The notes under the pieces are model-generated. The model searched no databases, was not told the origin of the DNA, and saw only the letters and a list, made by a program, of their open reading frames with translations. Made by a program: the position numbers and the translations under genes. DNA of 64,000 nucleotides from contig CM059432.1 of assembly GCA_030390025.1 (NCBI GenBank), positions 134,170,001 through 134,234,000 on the forward strand. Reading direction: 5' to 3'. The DNA is from Squalus acanthias (taxonomy: Eukaryota). Shown one piece after another: positions 24,201-39,100 of the stretch (positions are counted from its first letter, which is position 1; each line of letters begins with the position of its first letter).

Positions 24201-27200
24201 TATCTGTGATAGAAACACATGTTATATATCTGTGTTAAATACCCATATTGTATATCTGTATTAAATACACCTGTTGTCTATCTGTGTTCAATATACTTGT
24301 TGTATGTCTGTGTTAAACGCATGTGTTGTCTATCTGTGGTAAATACACCTGTTTCATATCTCTGTTAAAAGCACTTGTTGTATATCTGTGTTAAATGCCC
24401 TTGTATATCTGTGTTAAATGCACTTGTTGTATATCTGTGTTAAATACACATGTTGTATATCTGTGTTAAATACATGTGTTGTATATCTGTGTTAAATACA
24501 CCTGTTGTATATTTGTGTTAATAACACCTGTTTTATATCTGTGATAGAAACGCATGTTGTATATCTGTGTTAAATACACATGTTGTATATCTCTGTTAAA
24601 TACCCATGTTGTATATCTGTGTAATATGCACTTGTTGTATATCTGTGTTCAATAAACTTATTGTACATTTATGTTAAATGCATTTGTGGTATATCTGTGT
24701 TAAATGCAGTTTTGTATAGTTATGTTGAATAGACCTGTTGTATAGCTGTGCTAAATACACCTGTTGTATATCTGTGTTAAATTAACTTGTTATATATCTG
24801 TGTTAAATACCCATGTTGTATATCTGTGTTAAATACACCTGTAGTATATTTGTCTTCAATAAACCTGTTGTATATCTGGGTTAAATACACATGTTGTATA
24901 TCTGTGTTAAATGAATTTGTTGTATATCTGTGTTAAATACACTTGTTGTATATCAGTGTTAAATGCACTTGTTGTGTATCTGTGTTAAATAACCATGTTG
25001 TATATGTGTTCAATACACTTATTGTACAATTGTGTGAAATGCATTTGTTGTATATCTGTGTTAAATGCAAATTTTGTATAGTTGTGTTCAATAGACCTGT
25101 TGTATAGCTGTGCTAAATACACATGTTGTATATCTGTATTAAATACACCTGTTGTATATCGGTGTTAAATGCACCTGTTGCATATCTGTGTTAAATACAC
25201 CTGTTGTATATTTGTGCTAAAATCACCTGTTGTATATCTGTGATAGAAACACATATTATATATCTGTGTTAAATACCCATGTTGTATATCTGTATTAAAT
25301 AAACCTGTTGTGTATCTGTGTTAAATACACTTGTTCTATATCGGTGTTAAATGCACGTGTTGTATATCTGTGTTCAAGACACTTATTGTACATTTGTGTT
25401 AAATACATGTGTTGTAGATCTCTGTTAAATATACTTGTTGTATATCTGTGTTAAATGCACTTGCTGTATATCTGTGTTCAATACACTTATTGTATATCTG
25501 TGTTAAATACACCTGTGGTATTTCTGGGTTAAATACGCCTGTTGTATAACTGTGTTAAACGCACTTGTTGTATATCTGTGTTAAATACACTTGTTGTACA
25601 TCTGTGTTAAATGCACTTGTTGTATATCTGTGTTAAATACACCTGTAGTATATTTGTCTTCAATAAACCTGTTGTATATCTGGGTTAAATACACATGTTG
25701 TATATCTGTGTTAAATGAATTTGTTGTATATCTGTGTTAAATACACTTGTTGTATATCTGTGTTAAATGCACTTGTTGTGTATCTGTGTTAAATAACCAT
25801 GTTGTATATGTGTTCAATACACTTATTGTACAATTGTGTGAAATGCATTTGTTGTATATCTGTGTTAAATGCAGATTTTGTATAGTTTTGTTCAATAGAC
25901 CTGTTGTATAGCTGTGCTAAATACACATGTTGTATATCTGTATTAAATGCACCTGTTGTATATCGGTGTTAAATGCACCTGTTGCATATCTGTGTTAAAT
26001 ACACCTGTTGTATATTTGTGCTAAAATCACCTGTTGTATATCTGTGATAGAAACACATGTTATATATCTGTGTTAAATACCCATGTTGTATATCTGTATT
26101 AAATAAACCTGTTGTGTATCTGTGTTAAATACACTTGTTCTATATCTGTGTTAAATGCACGTGTTGTATATCTGTGTTCAAGACACTTATTGTACATTTG
26201 TGTTAAATGCATGTGTTGTACATCTCTGTTAAATATACTTGTTGTATATCTGTGTTAAATGCACTTGCTGTATATCTGTCTTCAATACACTTATTGTATA
26301 TCTGTGTTAAATACACCTGTGGTATTTCTGTGTTAAATACGCCTGTTGTATAACTGTGTTAAACGCACTTGTTGTATATCTGTGTTAAATACACTTGTTG
26401 TACATCTGTGTTAAATGCACTTGTTGTATATCTGTGTTAAATGCACTTGTTGTATATCTGTGTTCAATACACTTATTGTATATCTGTGTTAAATACACCT
26501 CTGGTATTTCTGTGTTAAATACACCTGTATTATATCTGTGTAAAATACACCTGTTCTATATTTGTCTTCAATTCACCTGTTGTATATCTGGGTTAAATAC
26601 ACATGTTGTATATCTGTGTTAATTACCCATGTTGTATATCAGTTTTAAATGCACTGGTTGTATATCTGTGTTACATATACCTGTTATATATCTGTGTTAA
26701 ATGCATCATTGTATATCTGTGTTCAATACACTTGTTGTATATCTGTGTAAAATGCACCTGTTGTATATCTGTGTTAAGTGCATGTATTGTGTATCTGTGT
26801 TAAATACCCTTATTCTTTATCTGTGTTAACTGCATTTATTGTATATCTGTGTTAAATGCAGATTTTGCAAAACTATTAAATGCTCATGTTGTATATCTGT
26901 TTTAAATACATCCGTTGTATATCTGTTTTATATTCATCTGTTGTATATCTGTGATAAAAATCTATGCTTTATATCTGTGTTCAATACACTTGTTGTTTAT
27001 CTCTGTTAAACACACATGTTGTATATCAGTGTTAAATACCCATGCTGTATATCTGTGTCCAATAAACCTATTGTGTTTCTATGCAAATTAAACCTATTGT
27101 ATATCTGTTAAATGCACCCGTTGTATATCTGTGTTAAATACAACTTTAGAATATCTGTGTTAAATACACCTGTTGTATATCTGTGTTCAATACCCATGCT

Positions 27201-30200
27201 GAATATCTGTGTTAAATACCCATGTTGTATATCTGGGTTAAATACATCTGTTGTATATCTGTGTTAAATACATCTGTTGTATATCTGTGTTAAATACACC
27301 TGTTAAAAATCTGTTTTAAATTCACCTGTTGTATATCTGTGTTAAATATACCTGTTATATATCTGTGTTAAATTCATTGTTGTCTATCTGTGTTCAATAT
27401 ACTTGTTGTATGTCTGTGTTAAATGCACTTGTTGTATATCTGTATTAAATGCAATTGTTGTATATTTGTATTAAATGCAATTGTTGTATATCTGTGTTAA
27501 ATACACATGTTGTATATCTGTGTTAAATGCATGTGTTGTATATCTGTGTTAAATACACTTGTTATATATCAGTGTTAAATTCATTGTTGTGTATCGGTGT
27601 TAAATAACCATGTTGTATATCTGTGTTAAATGCAATTGTTGTATATCTGTGTTTCATACACTTATTGTACATCTGTCTTAAATGCATTTGTTGTATACCT
27701 GTGTTAAATGCAGATTTTGTATAGTTGTGTTCAAGAGACCTGTTGTATAGCTGTGCTAAATACCCATGTTGTATATCTGTGTTAAATACACCTGTTGTAT
27801 ATCTGTGTTAAATATACCCATTGTATATCTGTGTTAAATACACCTGTTGTATATCTGTGTTAAATGCAACTGTTGTATTACTGTGTTAAATACAGCTGCT
27901 GTACATCTGTGTTAAATACACCTGTTGTATATTTCTGTTACATACACCTGTTGTATATCTGTGATAAAAACGCATGTTGTATATCTGTGTAAATACCCAT
28001 GTTGTATTTCTGTGTTGAATACACCTGTTGTATATCTGTGCTAAATACACCTGTTGTATATATGTGTTGAATACACCTGTAGTATATCGGTGTTAAATAC
28101 ACCTGTTGTATATCTGTGTTAAGTACACATGTTGTATTTTTGTGTCAATAGGCCTGTGGTATATCTGGCGTAAATACACCTGTAGTGTATTTGGGTTAAA
28201 TACACCTGTTGTATATCTGTGTTCAATACCCATGTTCTATATCTGTGTTAAACACCCATGTTGTATATCAGTGTTAAATACATCTGTTGTATATCTGTGT
28301 TAAATGCATCTGTTGTATATCTGTGTTAAATACACCTGTTATATATCTGTGTTAAATGCACCTGTTGTATATCTGTGTTAAATATACCTGTTATATATCT
28401 TTGTTAAATTCATTGTTGTCTATCTGTGTTCAATACACTTGTTGTATGTCTGTGTTAAATGCACTTGTTGTATATCTGTGTTAAATGCATTTGTTGTATA
28501 TCTGGGTTAAATACACATGTTGTATATTTGTGTTACATACACCTGTTGTATATCAGTGATGAAAACGCATGTTGTATATCTGTATTAAATACACCTGTTG
28601 TCTATCTGTGTTAAATACACCTGTAGTATATCTATGTTAAATGCACTTGTTGTATATCTGTGTTAAATGCATTTGTTGTATATCTGGGTTAAATACACAT
28701 GCTGTATATCTGTGTTAAATACACCCATTGTATATCTGTGTTAAATGTACCTGTTGCATATCTGTGTTAAATACAGCTGCTGTATATCTGTGTTAAATAC
28801 ACATGTTGTATATTTGTTTTACATACACCTGTTGTATATCAGTGATGAAAACACATGTTGTATATCTGTATTAAATACACCTGTTGTATATCTGTGTTAA
28901 ATACACCTGTAGTATATCTATGTTAAATGTACCTGTTGTATATCTGTGTTAAATACAGCTGCTGTACATCTGTGTTAAATACACATTTTGCATATTTGTG
29001 TTACATGCGCCTGTTGTATATCTGTGATAAAAATGCATGTTGTATATCTGTGTTAAATACCCATGTTGTATATCTGTGTTAAATACACCTGATGTATATC
29101 TGTGTTATATGCAACTGTTGTATATATGTGTTGAATACACCTGTAGTGTATATGTGTTAAATACACCTGTTGTATATCTGTGTTAAATACACCTGTAGTA
29201 TTTCTGTGTTAAATACACCTGTTGTATATCTGTGTTAAATACACATGTTGTATAATTGTGTCAATATGCCTGTGGTATATCTGGCGTAAATACACCTGTA
29301 GTGTATCTGTGTTAAATACACCTGTTGTATATCTGTGTTCAATACCCATGTTGTATATCTGTGTTAAATACCCATGTTGTATATCAGTGTTAAATACATC
29401 TGTTGTATATCAGTGTTAAATACATCTGTTGTATATCTGTGTTAAATGCATCTGTTGTATATCTGTGTTAAATACACCTGTTATATATCTGTGTTAAATG
29501 CACCTGTTGTATATCTGTGTTAAATATACCTGTTATATATCTTTGTTAAATTCATTGTTGTCTATCTGTGTTCAATACACTTGTTGTATGTCTGTGTTAA
29601 ATGCACTTGTTGTATATCTGTGTTAAATGCATTTGTTGTATATCTGGGTTAAATACACATGTTGTATATCTGTGTTAAATACACCCATTGTATATCTGTG
29701 TTAAATGTACCTGTTGTATATTTGTGTTAAATACAGCTGCTGTATATCTGTGTTAAATACACATGTTGTATATTTGTGTTACATACACCTGTTGTATATC
29801 TGTGATGAAAACGCATGTTGTATATCTGTATTAAATACACCTGTTGTATATCTGTGTTAAATACACCTGTAGTATATCTATGTTAAATACACCTGTTGTA
29901 TATCTGTGTTAAATACACATGTTGTATAGTTGTGTCAATATGCCTGTGGTATATCTGGGGTAAATACACTTGTAGTGTATCTGTGTTAAATACACCTGTT
30001 GTATATCTGTGTTCAATACCCATGTTGTATATCTGTGTTAAATACCCATGTTGTATATCAGTGTTAAATACATCTGTTGTATATCTGTGTTAAATGCATC
30101 TGTTGTATATCTGTGTTAAATACACCTGTTATATATCTGTGTTAAATGCACCTGTTGTACATCTGTGTTAAATATACCTGTTATATATCTGTGTTGAATT

Positions 30201-33075
30201 CATTGTTGTCTATCTGTGTTCAATACACTTGTTGTAAGTCTGTGTTAAATGCACTTGTTGTATATCTGTGTTAAATGCATTTGTTGTATATCTGTGTTCA
30301 ATACACTTGTTGTAAGTCTGTGTTAAATACACATGTTGTATATTTGTTTTACATACACCTGTTGTATATCAGTGATGAAAAGACATGTTGTATATCTGTA
30401 TTAAATACACCTGTTGTATATCTGTATTAAATACAGCTGCTGTACATCTGTGTTAAATACACACGTTTTATATTTGTGTTACATACACCTGTTGTATATC
30501 TGTGATAAAAATGCATGTTGTATATCTGTGTTAAATTCCCATGTTGTATAAATGTGTTAAATACACCTGATGTATATCTGTATTATATACACCTGTTGTA
30601 TATATGTGTTGAATACACCTGTAGTGTATCTGTGTTAAATGCACCTGTTGTATATATGAGTTGAATACACCGTTAGTGTATCTGTGTTAAATACACCTGT
30701 TGTATATCTGTGTTAAAGACACATGTTGTATATTTGTGTCAATTTGCCTGTGGTATATCTGGGGTAAATACACTTGTAGTGTATCTGTGTTAAATACACC
30801 TGTTGTATATCTGTGATAAACACCCATGTTGTATATCAGTGTTAAATAAATCTGTTGTATAACTGTGTTAAATGCATCTGTTGTATATCTGTGTTAAATA
30901 CACCTGTTATATGTCTGTGTTAAATGCACCTGTTGTACATCTGTGTTAAATATACCTGTTATGTATCTGTGTTAAATTCATTGTTGTCTATCTGTGTTCA
31001 CTACATTGTTGTATATCTGGGTTAAATACACATGTTGTATTTTTGTGTTAAATGCATGTGTTGTATATTTGTGTTAAATACACTTGTTGTATATCTGTAT
31101 TAAATGCACTTGTTGTGTATCTGTGTTAAATAACCATGTTATACATCTGTGTTAAATGCATTTGTTGTATATCTGTGTTAAGTGCAGATTTTGTATAGTT
31201 GTGTTCAATAGATCTGTTGTATAGCTGTGCTAAATACACATATTGTATAGCTGTGCTAAATAAACCTGTTGTATATCTGAGTTAAATACACCCGTTGTAT
31301 ATCTGCGTTAAATACACCTGTTGTATATCGGTGTTAAATGCACCTGTTGTTTATCTGTGTTAATTACAGCTGCTGTTTATCTGTGTTAACTACACTTGTT
31401 GTATATTTGTGTTACATACACCTTTAGTATATCTGTGATAAAAACGCATGTTCTATATCTGTGTTAAACACCCATGTTGTATAACAGTGTTAAATACATC
31501 TGTTGTATATCTGTGTTAAATGCATCTGTTGTATATTTGTGTCAATACACCTGTTATATATCTGTGTTAAATGCACCTGTTGTATATCTGTGTTAAATAT
31601 ACCTGTTATATATCTTTGTTAAATTCATTGTTGTCTATCTGTGTTCAATACACTTGTTGTATGTCTGTGTTAAATGCACTTGTTGTATATCTGTGTTAAA
31701 TGCATTTGTTGTATATCTGGGTTAAATACACATGTTGTGTATCTGTGTTAAATACACCCATTGTATATCTGTGTTAAATGTACCTGTTGTATATTTGTGT
31801 TAAATACAGCTGCTGTATATCTGTGTTAAAATACACATGTTGTATATTTGTGTTACATACACCTGTTGTATATCTGTGATGAAAACGCATGTTGTATATC
31901 TGTATTAAATACACCTGTTGTATATCTGTGTTAAATACACCTGTAGTATATCTGTGTTAAATACACCTGTTGTATATCTGTGTTAAATACACATGTTGTA
32001 TAGTTGTGTCAATATGCCTGTGGTATATCTGGGGTAAATACACTTGTAGTGTATCTGTGTTAAATACACCTGTTGTATATCTGTGTTCAATACCCATGTT
32101 GTATATCTGTGTTAAATACCCATGTTGTATATCAGTGTTAAATACATCTGTTGTATATCTGTGTTAAATGCATCTGTTGTATATCTGTGTTAAATACACC
32201 TGTTATATATCTGTGTTAAATGCACCTGTTGTACATCTGTGTTAAATATACCTGTTATATATCTGTGTTGAATTCATTGTTGTCTATCTGTGTTCAACAC
32301 ACTTCTTGTATATCTGGGTTAAATACACATGTTGTATTTTTGTGTTAAATGCATGTGTTGTATATCTGTGTTAAATACACTTGTTGTATATATGTATTAA
32401 ATGCACTTTGTATCTGTGTTAAATAACCATGTTGTACATCGGTGTTAAATGCATTTGTTGTATATCTGTGTTAAGTGCAGATTTTGTATAGTTGTGTTCA
32501 ATAGATCTGTTGTATAGCTGTGCTAAATACACATGTTGCATATCTGTGTTAAATAAACCTGTTGTATATCTGAGTTAAATACACCCATTGTATATCTACG
32601 TTAAATACACCTGTTGTATAACTGTGTTAAATGCACCTGTTGTATAGCTGTGTTAATTACAGCTGCTGTTTATCTGTGTTAACTACAACTGCTGTATATT
32701 TGTGTTACATACACCTGTTGTATAACTGTGATAAAAACGCATGTTCTATATCTGTGTTAAATACCCATGTTGTAAATCTGTGTTAAATAAACCCGTTGTA
32801 TATCTGTGTTAAATACACATGTTGTATATTTGTGTCAATACGCCTGTTGTACACCTGGGTTAAATACACCTATAGTGTATCTGTGTTAAGTACACTTGTT
32901 GTATATCTGTGTTCAATACCCATGTTGTATAACTGTGTTACATACCCATGTTGTATATCTGTGTTATGACAGCTCCGAAAGCTTGTAAAATTAAATAAAT
33001 CTGTTGGACTATAACCTGGTGTTGTGCGACTTCTCATTTTTGTCCACCCCAGTCCAACGCCGGCATCTCCACATC

Positions 33076-35753
33076 ATGACATCTATTGACACCGCAAACT
33101 GCCGGCTCAAAGTGGAGAGAATCGCCAAGAAGATCGCGCATATTGACACAGACATCAAGTACCTGCAGAGATGCAAGAAAGCAGACAAGATTCCGAAAGG
33201 ACTACAGATCACGAACCCACTCAAGTCGACATACAACACAGACTACGCTGAGAGACTTTGCCGTCGTACCTCTCGCACACTCCTCAACCATCTCGTACAC
33301 CAGCTCTACAGCAGACGTCGCAACCTCGAAACCAAGATAGAGTCCATGCTCTCAGCCTGTGCTCAGGACACAGCAGACCAGCTACGAGACACCGCCAAAC
33401 AGACGAGGCAACGGAACTACGCTACCTACATGCGCATCAAGAACAGGAAGCTTGGGAAACTCGGCGTAACCACCAGCTACAACCAAGCCTCCCCCGGTAC
33501 CACGGTTGCAACCACAGGGAAGTCCATCGTCAACCTGTCGGACCACACCCTTCAACCAGACGAAATCGAAGTTCTCGCCCTAGGGCTCAAGTTCTGCCCC
33601 ACCACCAAAATGGACCCCATCGGTCTCGCGGCGGACACAGAGGAATTCATCAGGAGAATGAGGATCCGGGAATACTACCACAAATCCCAAGATGTCAGCA
33701 ACATTCCTAATGGGACAATCAATGATCCGGAACAGCAGACAGAGGGAACCGCAGTGCTGCAACCGAGGAAGAAAGAGTCAAATTGGACCCCTCCGGAGGG
33801 TCGCAACCCTAAGCTTGACATGTATGCTCAAGCTGTCAGGAAATGCATCAACGCCAGATTCATCAGCCGTACTCACAAGACAGTCCAGAATGTCACCCGA
33901 GCACAACGCAACGCCATCCACGCACTCAAGACCAACCGCAACATCGTCATCAAACCAGCGGACAAAGGAGGAGCCATCGTCATACAGAACAGAACGGACT
34001 ATTGCAAAGAAGCATACCGACAACTGGACAACCAGGAACACTACAGACAGCTACCCGCAGATCCGACCAAAGAACACACCCGCCAACTCAATAGACTGAT
34101 CAAGACCTTCGATCCAGACCTTCAAAACATCCTACGCGCTCTCATCCCACGTACTCCCCGCGTAGGAGACTTTTACTGCCTCCCAAAGATACACAAAGCC
34201 AACACACCCGGACGTCCTATCGTATCAGGCAACGGAACCCTGTGTGAGAACCTCTCTGGGTACGTCGAGGGCATCCTGAAACCCATCGTACAGGGAACCC
34301 CCAGCTTCTGTCGCGACACTACAGACTTCTTGCAGAAACTCAGCACCCATGGACCAGTTGAACCAGGAACACTCCTCGTCACAATGGACGTATCGGCACT
34401 CTACACCAATATCCCCCACAATGACGGCATCGCTGCGACAGCCTCAGTACTCAACACCAACAACAGCCAATCTCCGACGCCATCTTACAACTCATCCGCT
34501 TCATCCTTGACCACAATGTCTTCACCTTCGACAACCATTTTTTCACCCAAACACACGGAACAGCCATGGGGACCAAATTCGCACCCCAATACGCCAACAT
34601 CTTCATGCACAAGTTCGAGCAAGACTTCTTCGCTGCACAGGGCCTCCAACCAACGCTGTACACCAGATACATCGACGACATCTTCTTCCTTTGGACCCAC
34701 GGCGAAGGATCACTGAAAGGACTACACGATAGCATCAACAGGTTCCATCCCACCATCAAACTCACCATGGACTACTCCTCAGAATCGGTTTCATTCTTGG
34801 ACACACGAATCTCCATCAAAGACGGACGCCTCAGCACTTCACTCTACCGCAAGCCCACGGACAACCTCACGATGCTCCACTTCTCCAGCTTCCACCCTAA
34901 CCACGTTAAAGAAGCCATCCCCTATGGACAAGCCCTGCGAATACACAGGATCTGCTCAGACGAGGAGGAACGCGATGGACACCTACGGACACTGAAAGAC
35001 GCTCTCGTAAGAACGGGATATGACGCTCGACTCGTCGATCGACAGTTCCGACGGGCCACAGCGAAAAACCGCATAGACCTCCTCAGAAGACGAACACGGG
35101 ACACAACCAACAGAGTACCCTACGTCGTCCAGTACTTCCCCGGAGCGGAAAAACTACGCCATGTTCTTCGCAGCCTTCAACATGTCATCGATGACGACGA
35201 ACACCTCGCTAAGGCCATCCCCACGCCTCCACTACTCGCCTTCAAGCAGCCGCCTAACCTCAAAAGTACCATCGTTCGCAGCAGATTACCCATCTTTCAG
35301 GAGAACAGCAACCAAGACACCACACAACCCTGCCACGGCAACCTCTGCAAGACATGCCAAATCATGGACACAGATACCATCATTACACGTGAGGACACTA
35401 CCCACCAGGTACACGGTACATACTCATGTGACTCGGCCAACGTTGTCTACCTGATACGTTGCAGTAAAGGATGCTCCAGAGCATGGTACATCGGCGAGAC
35501 CATGCAGACACTGAGACAACGTATGAACGGACACCGCGCAACAATCGCCAGGCAGGAGGGTTGCCTCCCAGTCGGGGAACACTTCAGCAGCCAGGGGCAT
35601 TCAGCCTCGGATCTGCGGGTAAGCGTTCTCCAAGGCGGCCTTCGAGATACACGACAGCGCAAAATCATAGAGCAGAAACTGATAGCCAAGTTCCGCACTC
35701 ATGAGGATGGCCTCAATCGCGATATCGGGTTCATGTCACGATACAGAACGTGA
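33076..35753 (+). pseudogene. Penelope polyprotein (RT, Cys-rich linker, GIY-YIG endonuclease) with a single 1-bp frameshift
   Basis: N-terminal YLQRC..IPKGL, KPADKGG, LPKIHK..GRPIVS, TMDVSALYTNIP, GTAMGT, RYIDD, CHGNLCKTC, VVYLIRC..YIGET, HEDGLN. The frame shifts at TCTCCGACGCC (~34475). Confidence 0.93.
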
Positions 35754-36002
35754 CTTGACATCATGGCCGGTCTTCCCAGGTGTTTTTTTGGGGTTTTTTT
35801 TTGTTTTTTTTGGTTTTTTTTTAAAAAAGGCTAACACAAGAACACAAATTGACAGGATATGCAGCCAGCAGGTGGTTTGACACGTTGGACCCCCTGGGAC
35901 ACATCTCATTGTCTTGGCTGTGCTCTTTGTTGTAGCGAATAATGTGAATAGATTTTGTCTGGGTTTAAATTGTGAATTCTGGGAGATTCTCTCATTGCTA
36001 AC

Positions 36003-36040
36003 TTACCTGACGAAGGAGCGATAGCTCCGAAAGCTTGTAA
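36003..36040 (+). ncRNA. Minimal type I hammerhead ribozyme in the Penelope 3' pLTR
   Basis: UUAC-CUGACGA-A-GGAGC-GAUA-GCUCC-GAAA-GC-UU-GUAA, followed by AATAAA at 36046-36051. Confidence 0.82.
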
Positions 36041-36129
36041 AATTAAATAAATCTGTTGGACTATAACCTGGTGTTGTGCGACTTCTCATTTTTGTCCACC
36101 CCAGTCCAACGCCGGCATCTCCACATCAT

Positions 36130-39100
36130 TAAATATACCTGTTATATATCTGTGTTCAATTCATTGTTGTCTATCTGTGTTCAATACACGTGTTGTATGT
36201 CTGTATTAAATGCACTTCTTGTATATCTGTGTTAAATAACCATATTGTATGTCTGTATTAAATGCACTTGTTGTATATATGTGTTAAATACACTTGTTGT
36301 ATATCTGTGTTAAATGCATGTGTTGTATATCTGTGTTAAATACACTTGTTGTATATCTGTGTTAAATGCTCTTGTTGTGTATCTGTGTTAAATTGCCACG
36401 ATGTATATCTGTGTTAAATGCACTTGTTGTATATCTGTATTAAATGCACTTGTTGTGTATCTTTGTTAAATAACCATGTTGTACATCTGTGTTAAATGCA
36501 TTTGTTGTATATCTGTGTTAAATACACCTGTTGTATATCTGTGCAAAATACACCTGTTGTATATATGTGTTGAATACACCTGTAGTGTATCTGTGTTAAA
36601 TACACCTGTTGTATATCTGTGTTCAATGCCCATGTTGTATATCTGTGTTAAATACCCATGTTGTCTATCAGTGTTGAATACATCTGTTGTATATCTGTGT
36701 TAAATGCATCTGTTGTATATCTGTGTTAAATACACCTGTTATATATCTGTGTTAAATGCACCTGTTGTATATCTGTTGTAAATATACCTGTTATGTATCT
36801 TTGTTAAATTCATTGTTGTCTATCTGTGTTCAATACACTTGTTGTATGTCTGTGTTAAATGCACTTGTTGTATATCTGTGTTAAATGCATTTGTTGTATA
36901 TCTGGGTTAAATACACCCGTTGTATATCTGTGTTAAATGTACCTGTTGTATATCTGTGTTAAATACAGCTGCTGTACATCTGTGTTAAATACACATGTTG
37001 TATATTTGTGTTACATACACCTGTTGTGTATCTGTGATAAAAACGCATGTTGTATATCTGTATTAAATACACCTGTTATATATCTGTATTAAATACACCT
37101 GTTATATATCTGTGTTAAATACACCTGTAGTATATCTGTGTTAAATATACCTGTTATATATCTGTGTTAAATTCATTGTTGTCTATCTGTGTTCAACACA
37201 CTTGTTGTATATCTGTATTAAGTGCACTTGTGTATCTGTGTTAAATAACCATGTTGTACATCTGGGTTAAATACACCCATTGTATATCTGTGTTAAATGT
37301 ACCTGTTGTATATCTGTGTTAAATACAGCTGCTGTACATCTGTGTTAAATACACATGTTGTATATTTGTGTTACATACACCTGTTGTATATCTGTGATAA
37401 AAACGCATGTTGTATATCTGTATTAAATACACCTGCTGTATATCTGTGTTAAATACACCTGTAGTATATCTGTGTTAAATACACCTGTTGTATATCTGTG
37501 TTAAATACACCTGTTGTATATCTGTGTTAAATACACATGTTATATATCTGTGTTAAATATACCTGTTATATATCTGTGTTAAATGCATCTGTTGTATATC
37601 TGTGTTAAATATACCTGTTACATATCTGTGTTAAATGCACCTGTTGTACATCTGTGTTAAATATACCTGTTGTATATCTGTGTTAAATTCATTGTTGTCT
37701 ATCTGTGTTCAACACACTTGTTGTATATCTGTATTAAGTGCACTTGTGTATCTGTGTTAAATAACCATGTTGTACATCTGTGTTAAATGCATTTGTTGTA
37801 TATCTCTGTTAAGTGCAGATTTTGTATAGTTGTGTTCAATATATCTGTTGCATAGCTGTGCTAAATACACATGTTGTATATCTGTGTTAAATAAACCTGT
37901 TGTATATCTGAGTTAAATACACCCATTGTATATCTGAGTTAAATACACCTGTTGTATATCTGTGTTAAATGCACCTGTTGTATATCTGTGTTAATTACAG
38001 CTGCTGTTAATCTGTGTTAACTACACCTGTTGTATATTTGTGTTACATACACCTGTTGTATATCTGTGATAAAAACGCATGTTGTATATCTGTGATAAAT
38101 ACCCATGTTGTAAATCTGTGTTAAATACACCTATTGTATATCTGTGTTAAATACACATGTTGTATATTTGTGTCAATATGCCTGTTGTATACCTGGGTTA
38201 AATACACCTATAGTGTATCTGTGTTAAGTACACCTCTTGTATATCTGTGTTCAATACCCATGTTGTATAACTGTGTTAAATACCCATGTTGTATATCTGT
38301 GTTAAATATACCTGTTATATATCTGTGTTCAATTCATTGTTGTCTATCTGTGTTCAATACACTTGTTGTATGTCTGTTTTAAATGCATGTGTTGTATATC
38401 TGTGTTAAATACACTTGTTGTATATCTGTGTTAAATGCATGTGTTATATATTTGTGTTAAATACACTTGTTGTATATCTGTGTTAAATGCACTTGTTGTA
38501 TATCTGTGTTAAATAACCATGTTGTATGTCTGTATTAAATGCACTTGTTGTATATCTGTGTTAAATACACTTGTTGTATATCTGTGTTAAATGCATGTGA
38601 TGTATATCTGTGTTAAATACACTTGTTGTGTATCTGTTAAATAACCATGTTGTATATCTGTGTTAAATGCACTTGTTGTATATCTGTGTTAAATGCATTT
38701 GTTGTATATCTGTGTTAAATACACCTGTTGTATATCTGTGTTAAATACACCTGTTGTATATCTGTGTTCAACACCCATGTTGTATATCTGTGTTAAATAT
38801 ACCTGTTATATATCTGTGTTAAATTCATTGTTGTCTATCTGTGTTCAATACACTTGTTGTATGTCTGTATTAAATGCACTTGTTGTATATCTGTGTTAAA
38901 TACACTTGTTGTCTATCTGTGTTCAATACACGTGTTGTATGTCTGTATTAAATGCACTTCTTGTATATCTGTGTTAAATAACCATGTTGTATGTCTGTAT
39001 TAAATGCACTTGTTGTATATCTGTGTTAAATACACTTGTTGTATATCTGTGTTAAATGCATGTGTTGTATATCTGTGTTAAATGCACTTGTTGTATATCT

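Larger units (their letters stand above)
10898..32966 (+). repeat. 26-bp tandem satellite, central block with higher-order repeats
   Basis: Same monomer, shifting toward CACCTG/CACTTG variants after ~13.2 kb; interrupted by MITEs at 17498-18231 and 20902-22409. Confidence 0.97.
32967..36129 (+). mobile_element. Penelope-like retroelement (family A), near full length, with identical 107-bp terminal direct repeats
   Basis: 32971-33077 is identical to 36023-36129; RT + GIY-YIG ORF between them; 2-3 bp TSD (TA/TTA) relative to the empty paralogous site at ~38296-38316 (GTGTTAAATATACCTG). Confidence 0.95.

Noticed and set aside
35751..35830. Selenocysteine read-through of the terminal TGA (as in some Naiad PLEs)
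   Set aside because: The TGA follows the normal end of the GIY-YIG domain (GLN motif); no in-frame TGA in conserved regions and no SECIS recognised.
32971..36129. LTR retrotransposon interpretation of the direct repeats
   Set aside because: No TG..CA ends, PBS, gag, protease, RNase H or integrase; RT + GIY-YIG defines a Penelope-like element.
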